64,000 bases of DNA from Mobula hypostoma (taxonomy: Eukaryota), in the NCBI RefSeq assembly GCF_963921235.1, contig NC_086118.1, positions 13,952,001 through 14,016,000 of the forward strand. The letters are read 5' to 3'. Within the stretch, counting starts at the first letter, position 1. Each line of letters starts with the position of its first letter. The notes under the pieces are model-generated. The model was not told the origin of the DNA. It worked only from the letters and a program-made list of their open reading frames with translations, and did no database searches. This document shows, in pieces, positions 1 to 12,364 of this stretch. A program made the translations under genes and the position numbers.

Positions 1-780
1 CATTCTCCCGTGCTTGGGCTCCCATATGATGACTAGGCTGGCGGGTAGCTCGGGGTGGCATAGGCAGTGCCCCGCTAATTGTAGTCTTTTCACCTCAACT
101 GTAGTGATGAGCATCAGTAGGTCATTATAGAGCTCGACATTCGTCATGTGCTGTTGCCAACTCACATCAAGAGCCTTCCGGAACATTCGTGTATAGCAAC
201 CATCTAGAGACTTTCGCATGGTCTTGGTGAGTGTCCACATCTCACATCCGTACGTGAGAATGAACTCTACGACTGCTATGAAAATCTTTTTTTTAAGACC
301 TCTGGTCAGGTTCGACTTCCAGATTTCCTTCATGTCGTTCATAGTCCTCCACGCCAGCGCCTTCCGTATCTTTATGTCCTTCGCCGAACTCATCATTCTT
401 GACCTGAGGTACTTGTAGTCAAAGACTTTCTTAATGGATTCATTCTTTACGGTCTTGAGAGTACCTTCATCGTAGTTAAATGCCATGTATTTTATCTTCT
501 TAGCGTTTAGGTGAAGTCCAACTTTATTGCACTCAATTTCCACTTTTGCCAGTAGCTGCTGTGCTTTCTGCATCTGGTCAGAGAGCAGGACTATGTCATC
601 TGCAAAATCGAGGTCTGTAAACGTAACTGGTCTGACCCTTTAGGTTCGTCCTGGTTTTATGGTAAAACCAAGCTTGTCATGATCTTTAGTAGTTTGACAC
701 AGAGCGTAATCAAGGACGATTATAAAGATGTAGGGTGCCAAAGTGTCTCCTTGCAGTACACCAGTTAGGAGCTCGAACTC
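1..780 (-). mobile_element. RTE-clade non-LTR retrotransposon, 5'-truncated, RT and C-terminal region (runs off window start)
   Basis: Minus-strand translation GVLQGDTLAPYIFIIVLDY...DLDFADDIVLLS...KVGLHLNAKK...ILTYGCEMWTLT...KSLDGCYTRM, with a premature stop at 640-642. These are RTE-type RT and thumb motifs. Confidence 0.8.
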
Positions 781-3489
781 TGCTGGGTCACAGTATGAAA
801 ACATTTCTTCTTCAGTTGCCAACAGTGGAAAACATGACAAGTCATCAGTGTTATTGTGTTGTTTGGTACCCTTGATCTCTATGTCATAAGAGTGGGCTCC
901 TAGGAACAGTGCCCAACGTTGTAACCGGGTAGCAGCCATCACTGGAAATCCTTTCCTGGGACTGAAAATGGACACAGGGGGCTGGTGACCTGTCAGTAGC
1001 ATAAACCTTTGTCCACAGAGGTGGTGGTGGAACTTCTTAAATGGCCATACCAGACTAAGTGCCTCAGTCGATCTGTGCTAGTTGCATTCTGCGTTCATCA
1101 GTGATCTTGAAGCAAATGCAATCGGACATTCAGATCCAATTTTCATAGTGTGTGACAAAATGGCACCAATGCCATCGCATGCCAGTCTGATGGGCAAGAG
1201 TGGGTCATAATAGGTGAGCAGTTCAATGGATGTTATTAGTCTCTTTTTTCCCTTGAATTCTCTTTCACATCTTTCTGACCATTCCCACTTTGTTCTTGTC
1301 TGCAACAGTGCAGACAATGGGTGCAGCACTGTCAATACTGGGGAGAAACTGGTGGTAGTAGTTTCCAAGGCCCAAGTATAACATGAGTTGTGATACATTT
1401 TCTGGTTTGGGTGCCTGTAGCTCTGTCTTCTCTTGTGACTGATGTAAGCCATGCTTGTCAATGATGTTTCCTCAATATTGAATTTCATTCTTGAAAAAAA
1501 CACATTCCTCTCTCTTTGTGTGTGCAAACCATACTGATTCAGCCTGGTTAGCACTTTACCAAAGCTCTGGAGGTGCTCTTCATCATTCTTGCCAGTCACG
1601 ATGATGTCATCAAGGTAACATTGTGTTCCTGGAACATCTTGGAGCATTTGGTCCATTGTTCTTTGCCAAACTGCTAGTGCTGGTGCGATTCCAAATATGA
1701 AATGATTATACTGGAACTTGTGAGTGTTGATTGTGAGGAACTTCCTGCTTGATTCTGCAATCCCCATTTGCAGGTCGGCTTGTGACAAGTCAATCTTTGA
1801 AATCCTCTCTCCACCTGCCAAAGATGCAAAGAAGTTCTCTATTTGTGGCAGAGGATACTGAACAGTACACAACACCGGTTTGATGCTCAATTTGAAATCC
1901 CCACATATGCGAAAGATTCCGACCTTCCCTTTCTTAATCACTGAGACTATGGGCGTGGCCCAATCGCAGCACTCAGCCTTGGAGAGAATTTCAGAATCTC
2001 CAAGCTCTGAAGTTCAGCATCAGCTTTAGGACGTAGTGCATAAGGCACTGGACATGCTTTATGGAATCCTGCTGTTGCTGCTTCATCCAGTTCAATTCTG
2101 GTATCCATGCCGTTGATTTCATTAATACTCTTCTCAAACACCTTCTCATTAGCACTAAGCAGCTGTGACAGTCTCTGGCTAGGGCTACCATTTGGCCTGC
2201 TGTTGCCTGTGAATGACACATTGATAGCTTTGACTATGTGCCAGTCTAGTTGAATTTTTCTCAACCATGCACATCCAAAAAGCGCTGGCCCTCCACTTTT
2301 CAATACAGAAAGATCTAACTGTTGTGCTTGGCCTCCATATGTCACATTCACTTTCAGTTTGCTTTTGGGAGACACTTTTTCACCGGTGTATGTCTTTAAC
2401 ATTACTGAGATCTTTTCTGAAGGTAGCTTAGAAAACAGTCTGTTGTAGTCAGTCTCTGAAATTTTAGACAAAGTTGACCCTGTATCCAACTCCATTTTCA
2501 GTTTTACATCAGACACCTCTACTGTGATCTATATGATTTTGTGATCTGCTTCAGTAATACTCTGTAATTGTAGGCATGGCAGCTCACCTTTGTCAGACAC
2601 TGTGTTGTTTGATTGTTTCATGTTTTGTGTTTACAACTTTTCACTTGGTGTGGTTTTTCTCTCTGGTTGTGCTTTGTATCTGACTTGCACAGTCCCTCTG
2701 TGTGACCTTACCTGTGACATTTTCTGCAAACTTTTTCTTTGAACCAACAGTCATTTGCATCATAGGAGGATTTGCCACATCAAGAACATTTTTGGCTTTT
2801 TGTACCATTCAGTGACATTTTGTGTATTTCACATTCCAACCTCTTTTTCTGTAGTTCTGGGGCATCCGTTGCTGCAGTCTCTAACAATATTGCAATGGTC
2901 AAAGACTGTTCTAAGGTGAGGCCTCATTCTGCCAGTAGCTTCTTCTGAGTGCTTTGACTATGCATGCCACATACACAACTGTCCCATAATGCATCAGACA
3001 GTCCATCTCTAAAGTCACAGTACTTGGAAAGTGCACAGTTCTGCAATGTATTCAGAAATGCTTTCATCCTTTGACTGGTTCCTTTTGTAAAATCTGAATA
3101 TCTCAGCTATTACCAGCAATTTAGGACTCAAGTGATTTTGCAAAATTGTAACAATTTAGTCAAATACCTTGCTTACCGGTTTTCAGGAGTTACAAGTTTG
3201 TGTCAGAGACTGTACGTTCTAGCACCCTAAGAAGAGTGAGAGCTTTCTTTTCCTCATCCCCATTGTTTGAGTTACACTGCAATTCAACCTTCTCAATATA
3301 GGACTACCAGCCTTCATTAAAACTATTAAATTTGGTAACTTTCCCAGCTAAATCCATCATCACATTATTTTCCTTTTAACTTTTATAGGTGTGTGTCTTT
3401 CACTGTGTATTATGCAGTTACTCATGTGTCCCTTTGTTAGCGTCCATGACAGCCTACTCCGTACTGTTTAACTCTTTCCTCTCACTGTT

Positions 3490-4168
3490 TATACTTACTT
3501 TATACTTTATTTTATACTTTATTGTCGCCAGACAATTGATACTAGAACATACAATCATCACAGCGATATTTGATTCTGCGCTTCCTGCTCCCTGGATTAC
3601 AAATATTAAATATTAAAAATATTAAAAATAGTAAAAATTAGTAAATATTAAAAATTTAAATTATAAATCATAAATAGAAAATACAAAAATGGAAAGTAAA
3701 GTAGTGCAAAAAAACCGAGAGGCAGGTTCGGATATTTGGAGGGTATGGCCCAGATCCAGGTCAGGATCCGTTCAGTAGCCTTATCACAATTGGAAAGAAG
3801 CTGTTCCCAAATCTGGCTGTATGAGTCTTCAAGCTCCTGAGCCTTCTCCCAGAGGGAGGAGGGATGAAAAGTGTGTTGGCTGGGTGGGTCGTGTCCTTGA
3901 TTATCCTGGCAGCACTGCTCCGACAGTGTTCGGTGTAAAGTGAGTCCAAAGATGGAAGATTGGTTTGTGTGATGTGCTGCACCATGTTCATGATCTTCTA
4001 CAGCTTCTTTCGATCTTGGACAGGACAACTTCCATACCAGGTTGTGATGCACCCTAGAAGAATGCTTTCTACCGTGCATCTATAAAAATTAGTGAGGGTT
4101 TTAGGGGACAGGCCAAATTTGTTTAGTTTCCTCATGAAGTAAAGGTGCTGGTGGGCCTTCCTGGCAGT
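3490..4168 (-). mobile_element. Rex1/Babar LINE 3' end, inserted in the Gypsy 5' UTR
   Basis: C-terminal motif AARIIKDTTHPANTLF..PSGRRLRSL..SFFP.VIRLLN (ORF 3761-3991), then a 3' UTR and a short tandem-repeat tail near 3490-3520. Confidence 0.85.
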
Positions 4169-4231
4169 TTCATCCTGAAATCATCCTGTAACTGTCAGTG
4201 TAGTTGGTGATATTCTCTGAAATTCAGCTTC

Positions 4232-4457
4232 GTACTCATCGCCAATTTGTTGAGACTTTGCAGCTACTTATCAATTAAATAAAAGCACGCATACGGGAGA
4301 TGGCTTTAACTGGTGTATTCACAATGCAGCAAGAGCAAGAGAGAGCGAGAACAATGTGCATACATAGACAACAGAACAAATCGCATGCATAGACAGCAGT
4401 TCATATGTAATTCTAAGGGGAGACACTGCTCTAAAAGAAATAGATCTGTACATTACA
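4232..4457 (-). repeat. 5' LTR (4248-4457, 210 bp, TG...CA) plus PBS-like TGGCGATGAG of the Gypsy element
   Basis: Minus strand begins TGTAATG at 4457 and ends ...TCAACA at 4248, followed by AATTGGCGATGAGTAC, upstream of gag. Confidence 0.7.
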
Positions 4458-4459
4458 GA

Positions 4460-5555
4460 GAGAGTGATTGTGCCCATGATAGAGCTAGCTGAGACTACAG
4501 TCCTCTGCAAACTTTATCACAACTACTCAGACATAACTACCGTTGGCAGAATTTCAGATGGTGATCAGGAGGTGTACAGGAGCAAGATACATCAGAGGTG
4601 TCGAGGCCACAATTTGGTACTGAACATCAGTAATACCAAGCAATTGAATGTGGGCTTCAGGAAAGAGAGATCAAGGGAATGCACACCAGTCCTCATCAAG
4701 TAATCAGAAGTGGAAAGGGGATCTATCCTAGGACCAAAGTATTGATGCAATTACAAAGAAGACATGACTGCTGTTATATTTCATTGGGAGATTGGGGAGA
4801 ATTGGTTTGTCACCAAAGACACACTGCAAATTTCCACAGATATACTGCAGGAAGTATTTTAACTGGTTGCATCTCACCTAATATGGAGGAGCCACTGCAC
4901 AACATCAGAAAAAGCTGCAGAAAGTTGTAAACCCAGTCAGCTCCATCATGGGCACTGGCATCCTCAGCATTGAGGACACCTTCAAAAGGCAATGCCTCAG
5001 AAAGATGGCATTCATCATTAAGGACCCCCCTCACACAGGACGTGCCCTCTTCTTATTGCTACCATCAAGAAGGAGGTACAAGAGTCTGAAGACACACTCA
5101 ACGTGTCAGGAACAGCTTCTGCCCCTTTGCCATTAGATTTTTGAACACTACCTCACTATTTTTTTCATCTCATTTTTGCCCTACTTGTTTAATTATTTTT
5201 TATATATACTTCTCATTGTGAATAATAAACATGAGAAATTCTGCAGTTGCTAGAAACCTAAAGCAATGCACACTAAATACTGGAAGAACTCAGCAGGTCA
5301 GACAGAATCTATGGAAATGAATAAACAGTCGACGGTTTGGGCCAAGACCCTTCTGCAGGACTGGCTCTCCACCAGAAATGTCAACTGCTTATTCATTTCC
5401 CCTGATGCTGCCTGACCTGCTGAGTTCCTCCACCATTTCATCTGTGTTTCACTGTAATTTATAGTTTTTATTACTATATATTACAATGTACTGCCACCAC
5501 AAAACAACAAAATTCACGACATATGCCAGTGATATTGAACTTGATTCTGATGTTG
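4460..5555 (+). mobile_element. Rex1/Babar LINE fragment (late RT to 3' tail), interrupted by a Penelope-type insertion
   Basis: DITTVGRISDGDQEVYRS, then IIKDPPHTG..LFLLLPSRRRY; 3' tail ending gattctgat near 5545. Confidence 0.8.
5227..5448. mobile_element. Penelope-type terminal-repeat fragments in inverted arrangement, with a degenerate hammerhead motif (minus strand, 5326-5363)
   Basis: Arm gaactcagcaggtcagacagaatc...gaataaacagtcgac is complementary to gtcaactgcttattc...gatgctgcctgacctgctgagttc. Minus strand reads CAGTC-CTGCAGA-AGGGTCTTGGCCC-AAACC-GTC-GACTG. Confidence 0.7.
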
Positions 5556-6670
5556 ATCCTGCATATTGGAGTCTACGTACCAAGCTGAGGCGAAACTGGT
5601 CAGAATACTCTCCATGGTACATCCGTAGAAATCTGCAAGAGTGACTTACCAAATCTCCCCAAACTCCTGACGAAGTGAAACAACTGGTGTGCCTCCTTTG
5701 TGATTGTGTCAGTATATTGGGATTGAGATAGATATGCCAAGTTGTTGACACCCAAAACCTTGAAGGTGTTCCCCGTTTCCATTGCTGATCCGCCCAAAGA
5801 GGAATGGTGTGTGTTCTCCTGACTTCCCCTTCCTGAAGTCACAATCAGTTCCTTGGTCTTGCTTACACTGAGTGCAAGGTTCCTGTTGCAATACCACTCA
5901 ACCAGTCAATCCATTGCACTCCTGTAATACTACTCATGACCATCTGAGATTCTGCCAATGACAGTGGTGTGATCCATCAACTTATAGATAGGATTTGAGC
6001 TGTGCCTAGCCATACAATCATGAGTGTGGAGAGAGTAGATCAGTGGGCTAAGCACACAGCCTTGAGATGCAACTAAATTGATTGTCAGCGAGCAGGAGAT
6101 CTTTTTATTCATCCACACCGACTGCCGTCTCCCAAGGAGGAAGTGGAGGATCCATTTGCAAAAGGAGATACAGAGCCCCAGGTTTTGAAACTTTTGATTA
6201 GTAATGAGAGGATGATGCTGTTGAACACTGAGCTGTAATCGATAAACCACAGCCCGTTGTTTGTTTTGCTGTTGACCAGGTACTCGAAAGCAGAGCAGAG
6301 AATGAATTAGATTGTGGCCTCTGTAGACCTGTTGACGCAGGAGGTGAAATGCAACCTGTCCAAATCCTTCCTCAGCTAGGAGTTCAGTCTAGTCATGAGC
6401 AACCTATCAAAGCACTTCATCACAGTAGCAGCTAACCTGGCTCTTCTCAGACTCTGGTAAGATGGTTGCCTTTTTGAAGCAAGTGGGAACTTCTAAATGA
6501 AGCAACGAGAGGTCGAAGATGTCCTTGAGCACTCCAGCCAGTGGTTGGTACAGGTTTTCCGTACCCTGCCAGATACACCGTCAGACCTGAGGCCTCGCCA
6601 GTGTTCACATTCTTGAGGAATGTTCTAATATCGGTCTCTGAGACAGGCACAATGGGGTCACCAGACATTA
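5556..6670 (-). mobile_element. Rex1/Babar LINE RT fragment
   Basis: WILHFLLGRRQSV...SQGCVLSPLIYSLHTHDC...DHTTVIGRISDG (ORF 5930-6250) and adjacent decayed frames. Confidence 0.85.
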
Positions 6671-7164
6671 TGTTATTTTCTCTTTCAAAGCATGTATGAA
6701 AGGTTTTGATGGAAGTCTGAAGCAGGAAGAGTCACAAACGCAAAACATTGACTGTTTCTGCTTCCACGGATGTTGCCTGACTTTCTGAGGGTATCTAGCA
6801 TTAACTGTTTTAGTTTCAAAATTATGAACTGCTGCAACAGAGTGAAGAAAGAAGACAATATTTCTGAGAGTAGAAGATTCACTGAGCAGAGAACAAGGCC
6901 TTAGTATAAGCAGCAAATGAACCAAAGAAACTTGAAGACAAACAGGGTCACCAGCTCCTATTGTGGTAAAAATATAAAACAGTTAACCCCTGCTCATTGT
7001 ACCAAAGACCTTTTATTCTTTTGAACAACCAAATGTACTTTATTTAAATTTTAGACAGTAGTCAACAAACCATTTAAGAAACTAAAAATAGAAGATGTAC
7101 TGAGCTATGTGCAAACCAAAAATTAAAATATTCATATATCTTTATTTATGTCTCTTTCATCTTG

Positions 7165-7360
7165 ATAGAGGGAGAGAAGGAGAGAAAGTGGGGGGGGGGG
7201 GAGGAATGAGGAAGAAGAAGAAGGAAGAGGGAAGGGGAGGGAACGGAGGACTGGGAAAGGGGGAAGGGGAGGAGGGTAGGAAGGGGGAGAGAGAGGTAGA
7301 AGGGGAAGGGGAGGAGGAGGGAGTTGAAGTGGGGAGGAGGGAGGGAGAGAGAGAGAGGGA
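7165..7360 (+). repeat. Polypurine (GA-rich) low-complexity tract with a G homopolymer
   Basis: Almost only G and A over about 200 bp, with many GGG runs. Confidence 0.9.
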
Positions 7361-8833
7361 CTATAACCACTACAGTACTTTGGGATAAATAGTTACAAAA
7401 ATTCACCATTTGCTGCGTGAGAATAAAAATCTAGTCCTGTGAGAGAGAATTAAAGCAAAAGTTTGCTGTTGGAGAATAGGCAGAGATAGTCTAAAAGTGG
7501 TAATCCAATTTATATTTTATATACATTTTACAGTGTACTCTTAGTTACTAGGGTACAACTAAATCTAATACATTTTGACATAATTATGACTGCCTGAAGT
7601 TGTGTCACAAGTGGTAGAGCGTAAAGAAGTATTTAAACCTAATGTTAACTTAGGTAGACGGTTCCCAGAAAAATGACTCTACAAGGAATGTTCAGAAATA
7701 TATTATATATCGATGATGTGGCAAGATTAAGACTCATAGGACTCTCTCCTTAATTTCATTTTGGAGGCTTTCACAGTTCACCGTTGCATCACATGGAGCT
7801 TGGATCCAAGTCAAGGTCAAGTCCACCATTGCCTGAAGGGAATTCAAGTTTTACCAACCAGGCAGTCCTAACACAAAACAGAATGTATTTTGCAACAAGC
7901 ATGGTGCAAATTCAAATAGCTTTATTGTGACAATCCCCAATTTGTCTAATTAACTTGGGTTTACTTAAATCTTTGAGGTGTTGCCTATACTTTGGCTTTG
8001 TTCCTCCCCTGAAAAATATTTCCAGAGTTCCGATGACTACTCTCTTGCTTGTTTAATCTGATGAAACCTTATTTATATTTCAGTCTTTTTCATTTCCTAA
8101 TGTGATAAGCTCCATATATCAGTAAATCACTAAAATTAATTTCAAAGGCTGCACCATGATATATCTAACCTGAAAATGTTATTATTTTGTTTTTTTTAAT
8201 ATTCTCTGTTCTAAACTTTAAAAGATTGTGACTGGGCTAGAGTTCTAATGCCATGTGTTTATGTAAATTCCAATAGCAACTGGCATTATAATCAAACCAA
8301 TCAACTGAGACTAATAAGCCAGAAGCAGATGTTGTATCGGTTAATATGCAGTGATGTTTGTTAGAATATTTCGTGTGCATTAGATGATATTTGCACCTGC
8401 ATTATTTCCAGAGTTAATTAAATATGAATATCAATGAGTTAGGGTTCTAATTTAAGCCTGCAGTGCAGAGTGCCAGTAGAAGAGAAATCCTTGAGTACCT
8501 TGGGAAGAATTTTGAAATTGATCACTCACATAAATTTCTGCCTTAGAAGAGTTCATTCAACGAAAAATAGTTTTGACAATGATGTAAAGATGCTAATAAA
8601 CAAATCGATATCACCATTTGCAGAGAAGTCTCCTTATTAATGAAATCTGCATTATATTCTATTTTAAAGCAACAAAGCTGTAAAATTTGACTCCATCGTG
8701 TTAACGGTTTGGGTGGGGTGAGGATACAAGTGCCAAATTGGATCCATTATGGCAAACTTATGGCAAACAATTGACGGGTATGCATTTCCAGGCTGAGCTG
8801 TTATGGCTGACATGCCTGCTTGGTTGCCAGCAT

Positions 8834-10400
8834 ATCAGAATCAGAATCAGGTTTAATATCACTGGCATATGCCATGAAATTTGTTGTCTTTTTGGCAGCA
8901 GTACAATGATACAATGGAATACATAATAATAAGAAAAACATGATTTACAGTAAATATATTTATTATTCGATAGATAGATAGATAGATATACTTTATTAAT
9001 CCCGAGGGAAATTTGGTTTTGTTACAGCCGCACCAACCAAGAGTAGAGCGTAAATATAGCAATACAAAAAAAAACCCCAACAATCAAACACCAAAATGCA
9101 AACTATGCCAGATGGAAAATAAGTCCAGGACCAGTCTATTGGCTCAGGGTGTCTGACCCTCCACGGGAGGAGCTGCACGTTCGATGGCCACAGGCAGGAA
9201 CGACCTCCCGTGCCGCCAAGTGTTGTATCACGGTGGAATGTAGCCGAAGTCCAACAGTAAAAAGTTCAATATCCAGTCTGCAAACACGTTCCTCGATCGT
9301 AATATACCCCGGATTGCACCATCCATTGTTAGCCAGAACAGTAAGCACCCAATTCCTTTACGCTTACCGCTCTCAGTGCACTTCCGGTCAGCCGGAACGG
9401 TATTGCCCACCGACCTCCTCTTCTCCAAAAGACTGTGTTGTCTCGACCCAGTCCTCTTTGCTCGGCTTTGTGATCCCCCTCTGTGTGTTTTCCTCCAGAT
9501 TTCAGCAGGGGTAACCACCGCTCTGTTCGCTAAGCCAGCTGGTCTTTGCTGGTCTGTGGAATACACAATGCGACCTTGCTTCTGTCCCGCATGACGGGAT
9601 GTAACCATTTCCAGCGCTAAAGAAAACCCAAATAAAACTCTCTCTACCAGCATGTTAGAGAGGGTGCAGCTTCGACATGTTACCGTGAGGAAAAAAAAAT
9701 ACAAAAAATAAGGTAAATTAAAAAGTAAGAAGAAGAAGATAAGAATAGATCGGAACGGCTGTACCAGGCTGCGTGCACGACCGGCACATGCACACTAACA
9801 CTACAATTTAAATAGTTAAATTAAATAAGTAGTGCAACAATAAAAATAAAAAATTGGTGAGGTAGTGTTCATGGGTTCAATGTCCACTCAGAAATCAGAT
9901 GGCAGAGGAGAAAACGCTGATCCTGAATCATTGAGTGTGTACCTTCAGGTTTCTGTACCTCTTTCCTGATGGTAGCAGTGGAAATAGGGCATGTCCTGGG
10001 TGATCGGGGTCCTTAGTAACAGATGTCACTTTTTTGAGGCCTCGCTCTTTGAAGATGTCCTGGATACTACAGAGGCTAGTCCCCATGATGGAGCTGACTG
10101 AGTTTACAAGTCTCTGCAGCTTAATATAATCCTGTGCAGTGACCCCCGCCGATACCAGATGGTGATACGACCAGTTAGAACGGTCTCCACGGTACATCTG
10201 TAGAAATCTGCCAGTGTCTTTGGTCTCATACCAAATCTCCTCAAACTCCTAATGAAACATATCTGCAGTCGTGCCTTCTTTGCCGCTGCATTGATATGTT
10301 GGGCCCAGAATAGATCATCTGAGATTTTGGCACCCAGAGATTTAAAATTGCTCACACTTTCCACTTTTGCTCACTCAATGAGAACTGGTGTGTGATCCCT
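8834..10400 (-). mobile_element. Rex1/Babar LINE 3' end, split by an insertion at 8969-9800
   Basis: KDPDHPGHALFPLLPSGKRYRNL (ORF 9928-10197); (atcaga)n tail at 8834-8850. Confidence 0.85.
8969..9800 (-). mobile_element. Internally deleted non-autonomous Rex1-like element (~830 bp)
   Basis: 5' region GRIVYS..PAEIWRKTHRG, then an APE fragment ADRKCTESGKRKG / NNGWCNPG..DIELFTVGLR, then the C-terminal RSFLPVAI, 3' UTR, AATAAA and a (TATC)n tail. CpG-rich. Confidence 0.7.
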
Positions 10401-10544
10401 CTTTGTTTTCATATGTATGTACATAGTATTAATAATTATCTGAAGAATGAAGACTGGGCATTTTTTAAACTTAATAATTATCTATTGTTGATTAGAAACT
10501 AACACATCTCAATGAGACCTCAATTAGTAACAAGAAGGATCACT

Positions 10545-10825
10545 CCTTCCTGGTCCCCTCTTCCTTCCTGTTCTCCTATGGTCCACTCTTCTCTTCTATG
10601 AAATTCCTTCCTCTCCAGCCCTTTACCTTTTCCACCCACTTGGCTTCATCTATCACCTTGTAGTTATCCCCCTTCCCCTCCTCCCATCTTTTTTATTCTG
10701 GCATCTTCCCCTTTCCCTTTCAGTCCTGAAGAAGGATTTCAGCCCAAAATGTCGACTGTTTATTCATTCTGATACATGCTGCCTGACCTGCTGAGTTCCT
10801 TCAGCATTCTGAGTGCGTTGCTCAG
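10545..10825 (+). mobile_element. Penelope-type terminal repeat with a degenerate hammerhead motif (10721-10758)
   Basis: Pyrimidine-rich leader, then CAGTC-CTGAAGA-AGGATTTCAGCCC-AAAAT-GTC-GACTG and the shared tgctgcctgacctgctgagttc tail. Confidence 0.7.
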
Positions 10826-12364
10826 GGTCACCCAGTGCTGTTTTCTAAGTGATCAGCAACTGTTTTCAGTGCTGGTGAATGTCTACCACTTGTTCTCGTC
10901 ATTGTGCATGGATTATATGCTTGTAATAGATGATGAATGCTGGTGTGATCATAGAGGGTGGTGTGCTGGTCACTTAAGGATCGTATCTTGACCTCAAGCT
11001 TCTACACAGGTGAATTGGTTAAATTAGTAGACTTACATTGGAATGCAGCATGCCTGTGGAAATGAGGAGAGGCTGTATGGAGCAGGATAAGCTATTGGAG
11101 AAGGAAGAGGAGAGGAGAAGGGATCATTGCAAAAAGCCACATCTACTAAAATTATTCAAGAATTAATTCTTCTCCCCAGGCCTCAGTAAAGTGTATCATT
11201 CACAACTATGCTACCAATTAGTACAAACTCAATTCCCAATGGCTGTTCCCAATTAATTCCCAATTCCGTTTCTTCCCACTGTTGCCAACAGTGCCCATGT
11301 CTACTTAACTACTCTGCCAAAAATATATTTTTAAAAATTACAAACCAAATTAAGAGATCAGATCTGGCCAAGTTTCATGCACAATTCAAGTAATCACCAT
11401 TGTGTATTTCCTTGAGACCTATTATTCTCCTGCTGCTCTTTATGTGCCAAAGGAGTTGGGAAACACAAAATGAGAGCAACTTGAGTTTGCCATATGCTTT
11501 TAATTTCACTGGTTTCACATTAGTTATAAAAATTGTTGTAAAATGTTGATGTAGAAACTTAATAATTAATAAACAAAAGCAAAGCAGGAGCAAACAAGGG
11601 TTGTTAGGTTGTTGGTGGGGGTGGGGGGGGGTGGATATAGCGTTTGGCAGGGACCTGGCTTTGATCTGGACATCAGCTGTGAGCAAAGGAAAATAAGGAC
11701 ACTCTGCCCAAGGTCCTCTGTTTTCCTTCAACTTTCCACAGGATATTGAGTGGTGGGTTAATTGATTACTATAGACTGCTCCTAAAGTTGGTGAATTGGG
11801 TGGGAGAAGGTAGGAATGTTGTTGGATCTTCAAGCGAGAAAATGACTTCTTATAGGATTGGTGTTGGAGTGTAAATGATAATATAGACTCTGTTAATCAA
11901 GCAGCCTCTTTCTGTGGTCTTTGATTCTTTGAAAAGACCAGCTCAGCCCATGTTCTCAGTACTCCTAAAGTTATATTCCAAATTTTCTTCGACGGGAAAT
12001 ACTGTTCAGCTTATCAAGTTGCTCAAAATATATCTGATAAGGTCCAATGCAATCACTCTAGTGGGCATTCATCCTAAGGGAAAATACTTCACCAAGATTT
12101 TAAAATAGTAAGTGCAGATTAGCAGAGTTATAGTTTATTGTGATGAGGACAATACTTGGCCAGATCACTGTCAACAAATTTGTAAAGCTTTAGTTAATTT
12201 ACACTAATAACTTGGTTTTAAACTAAACTAATCAGGTGCAATAAGCATTAGAATCTGTTGGAAACTAAGAATTAACTGTTCAGTAATGCAAAATCATAGA
12301 ACAGTTTCAGGCGAATTTCATGACATGCAAATAGAAATAAAAAAATGAGATTCAGAATCCAAAT

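Larger units (their letters stand above)
781..4457 (-). mobile_element. Decayed Gypsy (K02A2.6-like) LTR retrotransposon: 5' LTR, PBS, gag, protease, RT, RNase H
   Basis: gag start near 3360 and Zn-knuckle remnants near 2690-2790. Protease MELDTGS (ORF 1947-2516). RT RICGDFK/YPLP/YLDDII and RNase H PIAFASRSL (ORF 1078-1941). RLQRWALFL (ORF 640-1002). Many frameshifts; integrase is not in this segment. Confidence 0.9.

Noticed and set aside
6714..6830. Additional hammerhead copy
   Set aside because: Related Penelope-type tail, but the core is too decayed to call; similar remnants near 55275-55350, 59430-59525 and 61365-61440 also lack a core.
7107..7409. Gly/Glu/Arg-rich and Pro/Leu/Ser-rich ORFs
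   Set aside because: Low-complexity polypurine tract.
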